Below, one piece after another: positions 53,042-62,856 of a stretch of DNA of 64,000 bases; position 1 is the stretch's first letter; each line of letters begins with the position of its first letter. The translations under genes were made by a program, and so were the position numbers. A model generated the notes under the pieces. The model ran no database searches, was not told where the DNA came from, and saw nothing but the letters and a program-made list of their open reading frames with translations. Location: contig JADJDT010000008.1 of assembly GCA_016702545.1 (NCBI GenBank), positions 192,683-256,682 on the forward strand, given 5' to 3'. The stretch is from Pseudomonadota bacterium. Its GTDB lineage: Bacteria; Myxococcota_A; Polyangia; GCA-2747355.

Positions 53042-54810
53042 CCTGGCTCGCTGAGCACCCGGCGCAGCATGCGCTGCAGCTCGCGCACCTGTCGCTGGGC
53101 CGCGCGCAAGTCCTCGGGCCGGGCGGACGGGCTGGTGGCGACGAAGGCGCCGCCGAGCTTGCGCTGCGGCCGGTCCTCCACGGTCAGCGCGCCCAGCAGC
53201 GCCGGGACGATGCCCCGGCCGCGCGCGGCGTCGTAGAGCAGCCCGTGCCGATCGAGCAGCGGGAGCAGGGCGTCGGGGGTCAGGCCTTCGACCGCGGGGC
53301 CGAGGGCCGTGCGGTCGAGGTTGTCCGTCTGGCGGTAGACCACGACGCCGCGCTGCGCGGTGCGCAGCAGTCCCTCGTCGAAGCGCGCTCCCGTGGCGCC
53401 CTTGGCGAGCTCGGCCGCGTAGCGCGTGGCCGGCGTGCGAAGATTGACCTCGCAGGCCTTCAGCAGCAGCTCGGAGCTGCCGTCAGGCCGGCGGCTCCGC
53501 TGCCCGAGTACGTCGATCCCGATGGGGCCGACGACGCCGGCTCGGGCCAGCTTGCTCCCCACCGCGTCGCCGATCGCGGCCAGTTTCTTCGCAAGGGCCG
53601 GCTCCACCGGCTGCTCGCAGCCCAGGTAGTGGCCGTCGCGCGTGAGCTGACGATGACAGGACTCGACCTCGACCCGCCCTTCGGGATGAAGCACGAGCTG
53701 CACGCTCAGCTCGAGCGGGCGCGGCACATACTCCTCGACCACGACGCCGACCTTCCGGACCTCGGCCTCGAAGCTGGCCCAGGTGTCGCGCGTGGCATCG
53801 TCGGCAGCCTTGCGGCGGTCGACGGCGAAGGTGAGCTGCCGGGGGTCGCCGAGCCGCTTCTCGATCTCGGTTGTGCGCGCCGGGCCTTGGAGCCGGCTCA
53901 GGCCCGCGAGCCCAAGAAAGGCGATGCCCTGGCCCGCGGCGCCGTCGTTGTGCTTGAGCACCACAAGCGTGCGGCGCGGGTGGGCGTCGACGTAGGCGCT
54001 GAGGGCCGCGACGATGGCTTGAGTGTCACGCAGCGGCCCGAAGGAGCCTTCGAGATGCGCGACCTCGGCCTGGTCGAACCAGCGCCGCGACGCGGCCTTG
54101 GTGCCGTGCCGGCGCTGTTGCGGTGTGGCGCCCCAGATCGGCAGCTCGAGCAGGCCGCCGAGGCGCGCCAGGTCGCGGTCGACGCTGTAGGCCGAGAGCC
54201 GCAGGTCGTCGCCACGCTCCCGTGCCGTGGCCACCGCCGCGGTGAGCGACGCGAGCGCCGTAGGGTCCTTCCTGAGCGCGTGCAGCAGCGATTTCCCGGG
54301 GGCCCGTGGAGCGCAAATCACGCTCAGCCGCTCCCTGGCGCTCGGCCTTGCTGCCTCGGACAGGCTGCGAAAGAGCGCGTCGAGCTCCCTCTCCGAGGGC
54401 TGGCGCGTCACCACGATGATCGAATGCGCCGCGGGATCGGCGAGCGCCGCGACGGCCGCAGGTAGCGCGCGCTCGTCATAGTAGGGAACGGTCGGCCCGG
54501 CGGCCTTGTTCATCACCCAGGCGTTGAGGTTGGGGGTGTGCACGTAGAGGGTGGTTCGCCCGCGCGGAGCCGTCGAGGCAACCGCAGACCGGCCTGTGGC
54601 GAACGCGTGCTGCTGCTCTTTGTAGCGTTTGTCGAGGACCCGGCTCGCTGGGACGCGCGGCGTACCCGCCCGGAGCGCGGACGCTCGCTGCGCGGCCCCG
54701 CCCTGAGGAGTCGCCTCGGCGCGGGGCGCGGGCCCGAGCGCGAGCGCGGCGCAGAGCAGCAGCGGGACGGGTAGGGAAGGTCGAAAGGCGTAGGCGTTCA
54801 AGGCCTTCAA
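53038..54810 (-). CDS. PGM1-like ATP-grasp (peptide-ligase-related) protein with N-terminal signal peptide
   Basis: TTG start LKALNAYAFRPSLPVPLLLCAALALGPAPRAEA. The body (IIVVTRQPS..., IWGATPQQRRHGTKAASRRWF, TLVVLKHNDGAAGQGIAFL) matches my memory of pre-ATP-grasp/PGM1-family motifs. Confidence 0.55.
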   Translation of the reverse strand: MKALNAYAFRPSLPVPLLLCAALALGPAPRAEATPQGGAAQRASALRAGTPRVPASRVLDKRYKEQQHAFATGRSAVASTAPRGRTTLYVHTPNLNAWVMNKAAGPTVPYYDERALPAAVAALADPAAHSIIVVTRQPSERELDALFRSLSEAARPSARERLSVICAPRAPGKSLLHALRKDPTALASLTAAVATARERGDDLRLSAYSVDRDLARLGGLLELPIWGATPQQRRHGTKAASRRWFDQAEVAHLEGSFGPLRDTQAIVAALSAYVDAHPRRTLVVLKHNDGAAGQGIAFLGLAGLSRLQGPARTTEIEKRLGDPRQLTFAVDRRKAADDATRDTWASFEAEVRKVGVVVEEYVPRPLELSVQLVLHPEGRVEVESCHRQLTRDGHYLGCEQPVEPALAKKLAAIGDAVGSKLARAGVVGPIGIDVLGQRSRRPDGSSELLLKACEVNLRTPATRYAAELAKGATGARFDEGLLRTAQRGVVVYRQTDNLDRTALGPAVEGLTPDALLPLLDRHGLLYDAARGRGIVPALLGALTVEDRPQRKLGGAFVATSPSARPEDLRAAQRQVRELQRMLRRVLSEPG

Positions 54811-55206
54811 TGCGCTGCTATCACTCACGGAGTCTAGATCCTCTGCACGCGAGCGCGACCAAGCGAACCCCTCGCCTGCGGCTCGGCGGGCGGCGCCTGG
54901 CCAAGCCCAGGCTGGCAGCGCGCGGCGCACAACTCGTTGCGCGCCGGACTTGGGGGTGGGGCCCCGAAAAGTCTCGCCCAATCGTCGAGGCGGTCGGGGC
55001 GGGGCGTATGGGACATACCCCCGTGAAAGTTTACGACGTAGCAAGGGCGAGCGGGCCTTCGACATCAAGCGCAGCTCTCTCTCCGGCGAAGTTTGGCAGC
55101 GCCGGGGTCGCGGGCCGCGCGGAGCCAAGCGGCCGGCCGGGAGCTGTCGACGATCGCGAGGGCGTTGTCAAGCGCCGGAGCGCCGGTGCGAAGCGGGCGC
55201 GGGCGA

Positions 55207-56130
55207 TCAATCGTCCTTGGGCTCTTTGCCGAAGATGCGCCGCAGCAGGCCGCTCTTGGTGCGGGTCGGCGGCGGGGTCGGCGCGCGGGAGGCTGGCGCG
55301 GCTCCCCCGGCTGGGGCGCGCCGGGGGCTGGCGGCCGCGGGCGTGGGCCCGGGCGGGGTCTGGGGCCCCGTCGGGGCCCGTCCCCGACCGAGGACCTCGT
55401 CGAGGCTGCGTGCGGCCCGCGCGGCGGAGGTCGGCGTGGCCGAGGTTGAGGCGGGTCCACGATCGGCGGCCCGCGGCTCGTCGAAGCCGTCGGGCTCGAT
55501 CGTCTCGTCGAGCTCGAAGCCGTTGAGGTCGGTGTCCTCCGAGAGCGCGTCGACCAGGGTCGGTGGGGGCGGCTCGGTCGTCAGACGCGGCGGTGCGGCG
55601 GTGGCCGCTGCCGCCGCGGCAGCGGTGGCGGCGGCGACGTTGCGGAACTCGCCCGTGTCGGCGAAGACCTCTTCGGGGCTGCCCTCGACGGTCGGATGGG
55701 GCACGCCCGCGGCGGCCGAGGCGTCGCTGAGATCGAAGCCGCTCGCCACGGCCTCCCCGGACTGCACGCGGGTGACCTTCTGCGCGGCCTGGGCCAGGCC
55801 CGCGGCCATCGGATCGGTGCTGCGGGCGGCGATCGGCGCCGGCGCTGCGGGCCGCGGCGCGGCGTGCTGCTGCACCAGCGCGAGCCGTGCGCGTCGTAGC
55901 CCGTCGCGAAAGGCCGCGCCCAGGTCGGTGACGGCCCCGCGTTCCAGCGTCGGCCCGGTGCCGTCCGGCGCCGCGGCGTCGCCGCCCAGCGCGCGGGCTC
56001 GCGCCAGCGCTCCCGCCAGTGCCGCCTCATCGAGGCCCGCCGCGGCGACCAGCTGCTGCAGCTCGTGATCCGCCTGCCGCAAGGCCTCGTCGACGCTCTG
56101 GCGCACCACCGCGCGCGCGCTGCCGCTCAT
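55207..56130 (-). CDS. Hypothetical low-complexity Ala/Pro-rich protein
   Basis: Its ATG overlaps the alaS stop region (4-nt overlap). The N-terminus is helical, with an acidic middle and a basic C-terminus ...TKSGLLRRIFGKEPKDD. No family recognised. Confidence 0.45.
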   Translation of the reverse strand: MSGSARAVVRQSVDEALRQADHELQQLVAAAGLDEAALAGALARARALGGDAAAPDGTGPTLERGAVTDLGAAFRDGLRRARLALVQQHAAPRPAAPAPIAARSTDPMAAGLAQAAQKVTRVQSGEAVASGFDLSDASAAAGVPHPTVEGSPEEVFADTGEFRNVAAATAAAAAAATAAPPRLTTEPPPPTLVDALSEDTDLNGFELDETIEPDGFDEPRAADRGPASTSATPTSAARAARSLDEVLGRGRAPTGPQTPPGPTPAAASPRRAPAGGAAPASRAPTPPPTRTKSGLLRRIFGKEPKDD

Positions 56131-58829
56131 GGCGTCTGGCTCGCTGATGTCGTCCCGGCATCGCCCTCGGGGCTGGCGAGCAGGGCGGCCAGCAGCTCCT
56201 CACAGCGCGCGAGGGCCTCGTCCAGGCGAGCCACCTCGGGGCCGCCCGCCTGCGCCATGTCGGGTCGCCCGCCCCCGCGGCCGCCGACCAGCGGCGCCAG
56301 CGCGCCGACCAGCTTGCCGGCGTGCACGCGCGCCTTGAGGTCCGGGCTGACCATCACCAGGATCGTGGCCTTGCCCTCGTGCTCGCCGCCGAGCACCACC
56401 ACGCCCTCGCCCAGTCGGCCGCGCAGCGTGTCCCCGGCCTCGCGCAGCGTCTTGGGGTCGCCGGCCTCCGTCCGCAGCACCAGCAAGCGCACGCCGCTCA
56501 CCGTGCGCACGCGCTGGAGCGGATCGCTCCCGGCGCCGCCGGTCGCGAGCTGGTGCTTGAGGCTCGCGATCTCTCGCTCCTGGGCCTTGAGCTGGCCCAG
56601 CAGGCGCTCGGTCCGCTCGCCGACCTCGTCCGGTGCGGCCTTGAGCAGCCGCGCGACGCCGCGCAATTGGTCCTCGAAGCGCTGATCGAGCGCCAGCGCG
56701 GCCTCTCCCGTGAGGGCGAGGATGCGCCGCACCCCCAGCGCGAGCGCCTCCTCGCTGACGATGCGAAACAGCCCGACGTCGCCGGCGCGCTCGACGTGGG
56801 TGCCGCCGCAGAGCTCGGTCGAGGCGCTGCCGATGTGCACCACGCGCACCTGGTCGCCGTATTTCTCGCCGAAGAGGGCCATCGCCCCGGCCTGCCGCGC
56901 CTGTTCGTAGCTGCTCAGCTCGGTGCGGCTGGCGACGTTGCGCCGGATCTCGGCGTTGACGCGCGCCTCGACCTCGCGCAGCTGCGCGGCGGTCGTGGCC
57001 TCGAAGTGGCTGAAGTCGAAGCGCAGGTGCGCCGGCGAGACCTCGGAGCCCTTCTGGGCGACGTGCGTGCCGAGCACCTCGCGCAGGGCGTGATGCAGCA
57101 GGTGCGTCGCGCTGTGGTTGAGGCGGATCGCCTGGCGCCGCGCGCCGTCGACGACGAGCGTCACGCGCTCGCCCCGGCTCAGGCTGCCGCTGAGCACGCG
57201 GGCGTGGTGGACGATCAGGGTGCCCTCGGGCTTGGTCGTGTCGAGCAGCTCGAGCCGCGCGTGCGCGCTCTGCGCCGCGCCGCTGTCGCCGACCTGGCCG
57301 CCGGCGCGGCCGTAGCAGGGGGTGCGATCGACGACCAGCTCGATCGTCTCGCCGGCGCTCACCTGCTCGACCAGCGCGCCGTCGCGCACCAGCGCCAGCA
57401 CCGTGCCCTCGGCCTGCTCGGCGCTGTAGCCGACGAACTCCGTCGCGCCGTGCGTCTCGGCGAGCTGCTTGTGCACGGTGGCGATCGCCTGCTCGCCGAC
57501 CTTGCTGGCGGCGGCGCCGTGCGTCTCGGCGACCCAGCGGTGGGCCGCCTCCTCGTCGACGTCGAGGCCCGCCTCCTCGGCGATCAGGCGCGTCAGGTCG
57601 ATCGGGAAGCCCGCCGACGCGTACAGATCACCGACGAAGGGCACGGGGAGCTGGGGCGTCGCGGCCGCGCGCGCCTCCTCGATCGCATGCTGGAGCTGGA
57701 CCAGCCCGCGGTCGAGCGTGCGGCGGAAGGCCGTCTCCTCGGCGCGCACGACCTTGGCGATCACCTCCCCGCGCTCGCGCAGCTCGGGATAGACCTCGCC
57801 CAGCAGCTCACCGACCGCCGCGCAGACCTCGTGGAAGAAGGGCTGCTCCAGGCCCAGCAGCTTGCCGTGGCGGATCGCGCGCCGCATGATGCGCCGCAGC
57901 ACGTACTCGCGGCCGCCCTTCTCGGGGAACACGCCGTCGGCGATGCAGAAGGCCGTGGCCCGCGCGTGGTCGGCGATCACCCGCATGCTGACGTCGGTGG
58001 CCGCAGCTGCGCCATAGGCCACGCCGGCCCGACGGCTGACGGTGTCGATCAGCGGCCGCAGCAGGTCGGTGTCGTAGGTCGACGAGAAGCCGTTGACCAG
58101 CGCGGTCAGCCGCTCGAGGCCCATGCCGGTGTCGACGCCCGTGCGGGCCAAGGGCTGCAGCACGCCGCCGGGCTGGCGGTTGAACTGCATGAAGACCAGG
58201 TTCCAGATCTCGACCCAGCGCCCGTCGACGGCGGGGCCGCCGGCCGCCAGCGCCTCGCGCATCGACACCGCCGGATCGGCCAGCAGGTGGATCTCGCTGC
58301 ACGGTCCGCAGGGCCCCGTCTCGCCCATCGCCCAGAAGTTGTCGTTCGAGCCCAGGCGGAAGATGCGCTCGACGGGCAGCCCGATCACGTCGCGCCAGGT
58401 CGCGTAGGCCTGCTCATCGGCGGGCACGCCCTCTTCGCCGCAGAAGACCGTGGCGACCATCCGTTCGGCCGGCAGGCCCATCTCCGCGGTGAGAAAGCGC
58501 CAGGCCAGCGTGATCGCCTCCTCCTTGAAGTAGTCGCCGAAGGAGAAGTTGCCGAGCATCTCGAAGAGCGTGTGGTGCTTGGGTGTGCGCCCGACCGTCT
58601 CGAGGTCGTTGTGCTTGCCGCTGACGCGCAGGCACTTCTGTGAGCTGCAGGCCCGGCTGTAAGGACGGCTCTGCTCGCCGACGAAGACGTCCTTGAACTG
58701 CACCATGCCGGCGTTGGTGAAATACAGCGTCGGGTCGTTGGCGGGGACGAGCGATGAGCTGGTCACCACGGCGTGCTGGTGGCGGGCGAAGAACTCGAGA
58801 AATCGCGTGCGAATGGTGCGTGAGTCCAT
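56127..58829 (-). CDS. alaS: Alanine--tRNA ligase
   Basis: MDSRTIRTRFLEFFARHQHAVVTSSSLVPANDPTLYFTNAGMVQFKDVF, an editing domain with HSATHLLHHALREVLG...CGGTHV, and a C-terminal DHHA1-like region. Internal ATG of track ORF 56127..59099. Confidence 0.95.
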   Translation of the reverse strand: MDSRTIRTRFLEFFARHQHAVVTSSSLVPANDPTLYFTNAGMVQFKDVFVGEQSRPYSRACSSQKCLRVSGKHNDLETVGRTPKHHTLFEMLGNFSFGDYFKEEAITLAWRFLTAEMGLPAERMVATVFCGEEGVPADEQAYATWRDVIGLPVERIFRLGSNDNFWAMGETGPCGPCSEIHLLADPAVSMREALAAGGPAVDGRWVEIWNLVFMQFNRQPGGVLQPLARTGVDTGMGLERLTALVNGFSSTYDTDLLRPLIDTVSRRAGVAYGAAAATDVSMRVIADHARATAFCIADGVFPEKGGREYVLRRIMRRAIRHGKLLGLEQPFFHEVCAAVGELLGEVYPELRERGEVIAKVVRAEETAFRRTLDRGLVQLQHAIEEARAAATPQLPVPFVGDLYASAGFPIDLTRLIAEEAGLDVDEEAAHRWVAETHGAAASKVGEQAIATVHKQLAETHGATEFVGYSAEQAEGTVLALVRDGALVEQVSAGETIELVVDRTPCYGRAGGQVGDSGAAQSAHARLELLDTTKPEGTLIVHHARVLSGSLSRGERVTLVVDGARRQAIRLNHSATHLLHHALREVLGTHVAQKGSEVSPAHLRFDFSHFEATTAAQLREVEARVNAEIRRNVASRTELSSYEQARQAGAMALFGEKYGDQVRVVHIGSASTELCGGTHVERAGDVGLFRIVSEEALALGVRRILALTGEAALALDQRFEDQLRGVARLLKAAPDEVGERTERLLGQLKAQEREIASLKHQLATGGAGSDPLQRVRTVSGVRLLVLRTEAGDPKTLREAGDTLRGRLGEGVVVLGGEHEGKATILVMVSPDLKARVHAGKLVGALAPLVGGRGGGRPDMAQAGGPEVARLDEALARCEELLAALLASPEGDAGTTSASQTP

Positions 58830-58890
58830 GGATGACCAACTGTCTCCGATCGTGCGCGCGGCGCGCTCAGAAATCGTGCGCGCCGCGCGC

Positions 58891-60525
58891 TCAGAAGGCG
58901 TAGCCCAGCTCCAGCGTCGCCCCGGCGTAGATGTCCCGCGCGCCGACGGCCTGGCGGCAGCCGGTCTGACGCGGGGTGCAGCTACGATCGAAGGCCAGCT
59001 CGAAACGCCGGTACGAGCCCTCGACCCGGGCGAAGACCCCAGCGTAGGCGACGAAGATACCCAGGCTGCCATCAAAGGCAAGGATCGCGGCGTGGCCATA
59101 GCCGTTGCTGTTGGCCTGCTCGATCGGGCCGGCCGTCAACACGCCCAGGTAGTCGAGCCCGACCGTGGCGCCGAGCTCGAAGCGCCCCACCACGGCGAAG
59201 GGCCAGCGCAGCCCGGCCCCGGCGCGCAGATAGCTGTAGGCGAGGTCGACGGTCGGGTCGACGACCCCCGGGGGCGGCTCGGTGGTCGCCAGCTGGTACC
59301 CGTAGGCCGTGCGCAGCAGCAGCGCGGGGCTGTCCCGTCGGCCGAGCAGGCTCCAGTAGTAACGCAGGCCGAGCTCGACCGTTTGCAGCACGAGGGCGAA
59401 GGGCTGGTCCGGCGTCTCGGGGAGCGTGGCCGTGCCGGCGAGGGCGCGCCAGAAGCGGAGGGTCAGCCCGAGGCCCGCGATCGGCCGCTGCGTCCAGAAG
59501 GCCAGCGGCTGTAGCGCCGCGCTGAGGTGCAGCGCGGGCAGCAGCGAGGGCGTGCCGAGGGTCGGTGGTCGCGGCGGGTTGACCGGCTGCAGGAAGCGAA
59601 AGCCGCGAGCGAACAGCAGCACCCCTGCACCCAGCTCGAGTCGGGGGTAGATCGTCTCCTCGGCCGGTGCGGCGTCCGGATCTCGATCCCTCGCGCTCCC
59701 GCCGCCCTCAGGGGCCGCCCGCGTCAGATCGTGCGGGCCGCTGGACCCGCTGCCCACGGCGTAACCGAGCGCGGCGCGGTCGCTGGCGCTGCGCTCGATC
59801 GCCGGGCCTGGCGCGCCACGCGCCGGGGAGGTGCTACGCGTGGCCGGGTCGAAGATCGCGATGTCGCCCTCGCTGCGCTCGAAGTCGCCCCCGTCGTCGA
59901 AGGTCCCAGGGTCGTCGTTGGCGTCGCCACCGGCACCGGAGCTCGGGTCCGCTGCCCCCGCGTCCGAGGTCGTGTCCCTGGCGGCGGGGCCTCGCGCTCC
60001 ACCCGCGCCGCGCCGTCGCCGGGTTGCCGACCCGGCCGCACCGGCGCCGCCGCCTCGGCCGCCGGCCTGCCGCAGCGCGGTCGTGAGGCGTGAGGCGACG
60101 CGCGCGGCGGTCTCCTGATCGACCGCAGCGCTCTGCAGCGGGAGGCTGAGGCGCACCAGCCGCCGGTCGCTGGTGGCGCTGACCAGCTCGACGAGCAGCC
60201 GTGGGCCACTCGGCAGGATCGCGATCGCGCCGCGGACGATGGCGTCCACCCCCAGCATTCGGCTGGCCTGCCTCGCGCCCAGCCGCGTGGCCGTCCGACG
60301 GTAAGCGGCGGCGGAGACGATGCGTACGCCCCGCAGGGCGCCGCTGACGGCCGCGCTGGCGCGCGCACCCGCCGCGCCGTCGAAGACCAGCACGACCACG
60401 CCAGGCGGCCCGCCGCCGCTCGCCGCTGCGGCGCCGCCCCAGCCGGCGCAGGCTGCGATAAGCAGGGCGCGCACCAGGACGGTGCGCCGTCGACGAACAG
60501 GCGTCGCGTCGGCCGGCGCGTGCAT
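58891..60525 (-). CDS. Hypothetical outer-membrane beta-barrel protein
   Basis: Internal ATG of the 928-aa track ORF. Signal peptide RRRRTVLVRALLIAACAGWGGAAAA, a disordered Gly/Asp/Ala middle, and a beta-barrel-like C-terminus ending ATLELGYAF. Confidence 0.6.
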   Translation of the reverse strand: MHAPADATPVRRRRTVLVRALLIAACAGWGGAAAASGGGPPGVVVLVFDGAAGARASAAVSGALRGVRIVSAAAYRRTATRLGARQASRMLGVDAIVRGAIAILPSGPRLLVELVSATSDRRLVRLSLPLQSAAVDQETAARVASRLTTALRQAGGRGGGAGAAGSATRRRRGAGGARGPAARDTTSDAGAADPSSGAGGDANDDPGTFDDGGDFERSEGDIAIFDPATRSTSPARGAPGPAIERSASDRAALGYAVGSGSSGPHDLTRAAPEGGGSARDRDPDAAPAEETIYPRLELGAGVLLFARGFRFLQPVNPPRPPTLGTPSLLPALHLSAALQPLAFWTQRPIAGLGLTLRFWRALAGTATLPETPDQPFALVLQTVELGLRYYWSLLGRRDSPALLLRTAYGYQLATTEPPPGVVDPTVDLAYSYLRAGAGLRWPFAVVGRFELGATVGLDYLGVLTAGPIEQANSNGYGHAAILAFDGSLGIFVAYAGVFARVEGSYRRFELAFDRSCTPRQTGCRQAVGARDIYAGATLELGYAF

Positions 60526-60536
60526 CTCGCGCACCG

Positions 60537-61677
60537 TCAGCCGGGTTCGTCGCCGTAGGAGCCGGCGCCGGGATCGACCCAGTTGCGGGTGTCGGCGATG
60601 CCGCGGAAGTGGAGCGCGAAGTCGTCGGGGTTGGTGGCGTGGCGCAGCGCCACCTCGTAGGTCACGAGGTTCTGCTGCACCAGCTCGGTCAGGCTCTGGT
60701 CGAAGGTGACCATGCCGTAGGGGTGGCGCCCCTCGGCGATCGCGTCGTGGATCTCCGGGCGTGCGGGTCGGTGACTCGATCATCTCGCGCACGCGCGCCG
60801 TGTTGACCAGCACCTCGACCGCCGCCACCATGCCGCGACCGTCGGCCATCGGTAGCAGCCGCTGCGAGACCACGCCGTTGAGCACCGCGGCCAGCTGCAG
60901 CCGGACCTGGAGCTGCTGGTGCGGCGGGAAGGCCCCGGTGATGCGGTTGACCGTCTCGACCGCGTCGGTGGTGTGCAGCGTCGAGAGCACCAGGTGGCCG
61001 GTCTCGGCCGCGACGATGGCGATTTCGATCGTCTCCACGTCGCGCATCTCGCCGACCAGCACGACGTCCGGGTCCTGGCGCAGCGCGGCGCGCAGCGCGC
61101 GCGAGAAGGTGATGGTGTCGAGGCCCAGCTCGCGCTGATTGATCACGCTGCGCCGGTCGGTGAAGGCGTACTCGATCGGGTCCTCGATCGTGACGATGTG
61201 GCAGGCGCGCGTGCGGTTGATGTGGTCGATCATCGAGGCCAGCGTGGTGGACTTGCCGCTGCCGGTGACGCCTGTCACCAACACCAAGCCACGCGGCTCC
61301 TCGGCCAGTCGCAGGATCACCTCCGGCAACCGCAGCGACGCGAAGGCCGGCACCTCCGGGGGGATCAGCCGCAACACCATCCCGAGATTGCCGCGCTGGG
61401 TGAAGACGTTGGTGCGGAAGCGCAGCCCCTCCGGCGTGCTATAGGCCAGGTCGCACTCGCGGTATTGCTCGTAGTCCTTCTTCTGGCGCGGGCTCATGAT
61501 CTGCTCGCCGAACGCCTCCAGCATCTCGCGCGAGATCGGCGGCACGTCGCGCACGGTGCGCAGGTGCCCCTTGACGCGAAAGATCGGCGGCAGGCCCACC
61601 TTGAGGTGCACATCCGAGGCGCCCAGTCGGGCGGCGGCAGCGAGCACGCGTTCAATCGCTTCGACCATCGACTGCAA
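60537..61677 (-). CDS. pilT: Twitching-motility ATPase PilT, reading frame broken by 1 nt near 60756
   Basis: Walker A GVTGSGKSTTLASMIDHIN, DPDVVLVGEMRD and ETGHLVLSTLHT. After VREMIESPTRTP the conserved tail EIHDAIAEGRHPYGMVTFDQSL...ATNPDDFALHFRGI continues in the +1 frame to TGA at 60537. The span is 1141 nt (3n+1). Confidence 0.85.
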
Positions 61678-61805
61678 AAGCTAGCACAGGCCTCCGATCC
61701 TGACCAAGGTTCAGCCCGCGCTCGGCCCGCGCCCCGTGGTCCGCTCCCCGTGCCCGGCGCCGCGGTCCGTTTGGCCGCCCTGGCGTTTCGTGCTTTGATC
61801 GCGGG

Positions 61806-62849
61806 GTGTCGACCTCGATCAGCGGGCTCAAGACCCCAGCGCCGCGGGTGCTGCTCTATGACGGCGATGCGCGGGTGCGGGAGGGTCTCGCTGCGCTGTT
61901 GGGCCGCGTGGGCCTCGAGGTCCAGGCCACCGACGATCGGGCGCAAGCGCTGGCAGCGGCGATGCGCCCGGGCCTCAGCGTGGCCGTCGTCGACGTCGAC
62001 ACGCCCGACCCGGAGGCCGGCTTCGCGCTGCTGCGCGAACTCCAGTCCCTGGGGTCCGGGCTTCGCAGCGTGGCGCTGCTGGCGCGGCCGACCTTCGCGG
62101 CGGCGGCGGAGGCCTGCCGCTGCGGCGCCGTCGATGTGGTGGCCAAGGCGCCCGAGAACGTCGGTTACCTGACCGACACGATTCGCCGGTTGACGCGGCA
62201 GCCGGCGCCATCGCTCCGCCCCGTGTCGGAGGGGCTGCGGCGCGCGGTCGAGTTGCAGGAGCAGCTGCTGCGGGCCCTGATCGAGGCCTCGCGCAGCGCC
62301 ACGCCGACGGCCGCTCGCAGCACCGCCGAGCCCGACAGTGGCGCTGCCAGCCCGCGCACCTGTGTCATCCTCGTCGTCGATGACGAGCCGCGGACGGCCG
62401 AGGGACTGCAGCGGGCGCTCGGTCGGCAGGCGGGCTATCAGGTCATCAGCGTGGTCAGCGGTGGTGAGGCGCTGGACTACGTGGGTCAGTCCGAGTTCGA
62501 CCTGGCGCTGATCAAAGAAGGGCTCCCCGACCTGCCGAGCAGCATGGTCGCCCGCAGCCTGCGGGCGCAGGCCAACGACGGCATCGTGATCCGGTTCACG
62601 CACCCGACGACCGGTCGACCGGGACGCGCCGACATTGTCGAGGTCGACCGGTCGATCGAGTTCATCCCGGTGCTGAGCAGCGGGGAGCAGCTCGTCGAGC
62701 AGCTCCACGCGCTGCGCAAGGGCCTGGCAGCCAAGCAGGTCGAGCGGCGCTACCTCGAGCAATTCCGCACGGAGCACGTCGAGCTGCTGCAGCGCTACGC
62801 CGAGGTGCGGCAAGAGCTACTGGGGGCCCTCGGCGACGCCGATCCTTAG
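61806..62849 (+). CDS. Response regulator with two receiver-like domains
   Basis: RVLLYDGDARVREGL...VAVVDVDTPD and VILVVDDEPRTAEGL...FDLALIKEGLPDL. It has no output domain and is divergent from pilT. Confidence 0.7.
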   Translation: MSTSISGLKTPAPRVLLYDGDARVREGLAALLGRVGLEVQATDDRAQALAAAMRPGLSVAVVDVDTPDPEAGFALLRELQSLGSGLRSVALLARPTFAAAAEACRCGAVDVVAKAPENVGYLTDTIRRLTRQPAPSLRPVSEGLRRAVELQEQLLRALIEASRSATPTAARSTAEPDSGAASPRTCVILVVDDEPRTAEGLQRALGRQAGYQVISVVSGGEALDYVGQSEFDLALIKEGLPDLPSSMVARSLRAQANDGIVIRFTHPTTGRPGRADIVEVDRSIEFIPVLSSGEQLVEQLHALRKGLAAKQVERRYLEQFRTEHVELLQRYAEVRQELLGALGDADP

Positions 62850-62856
62850 GGACCGC

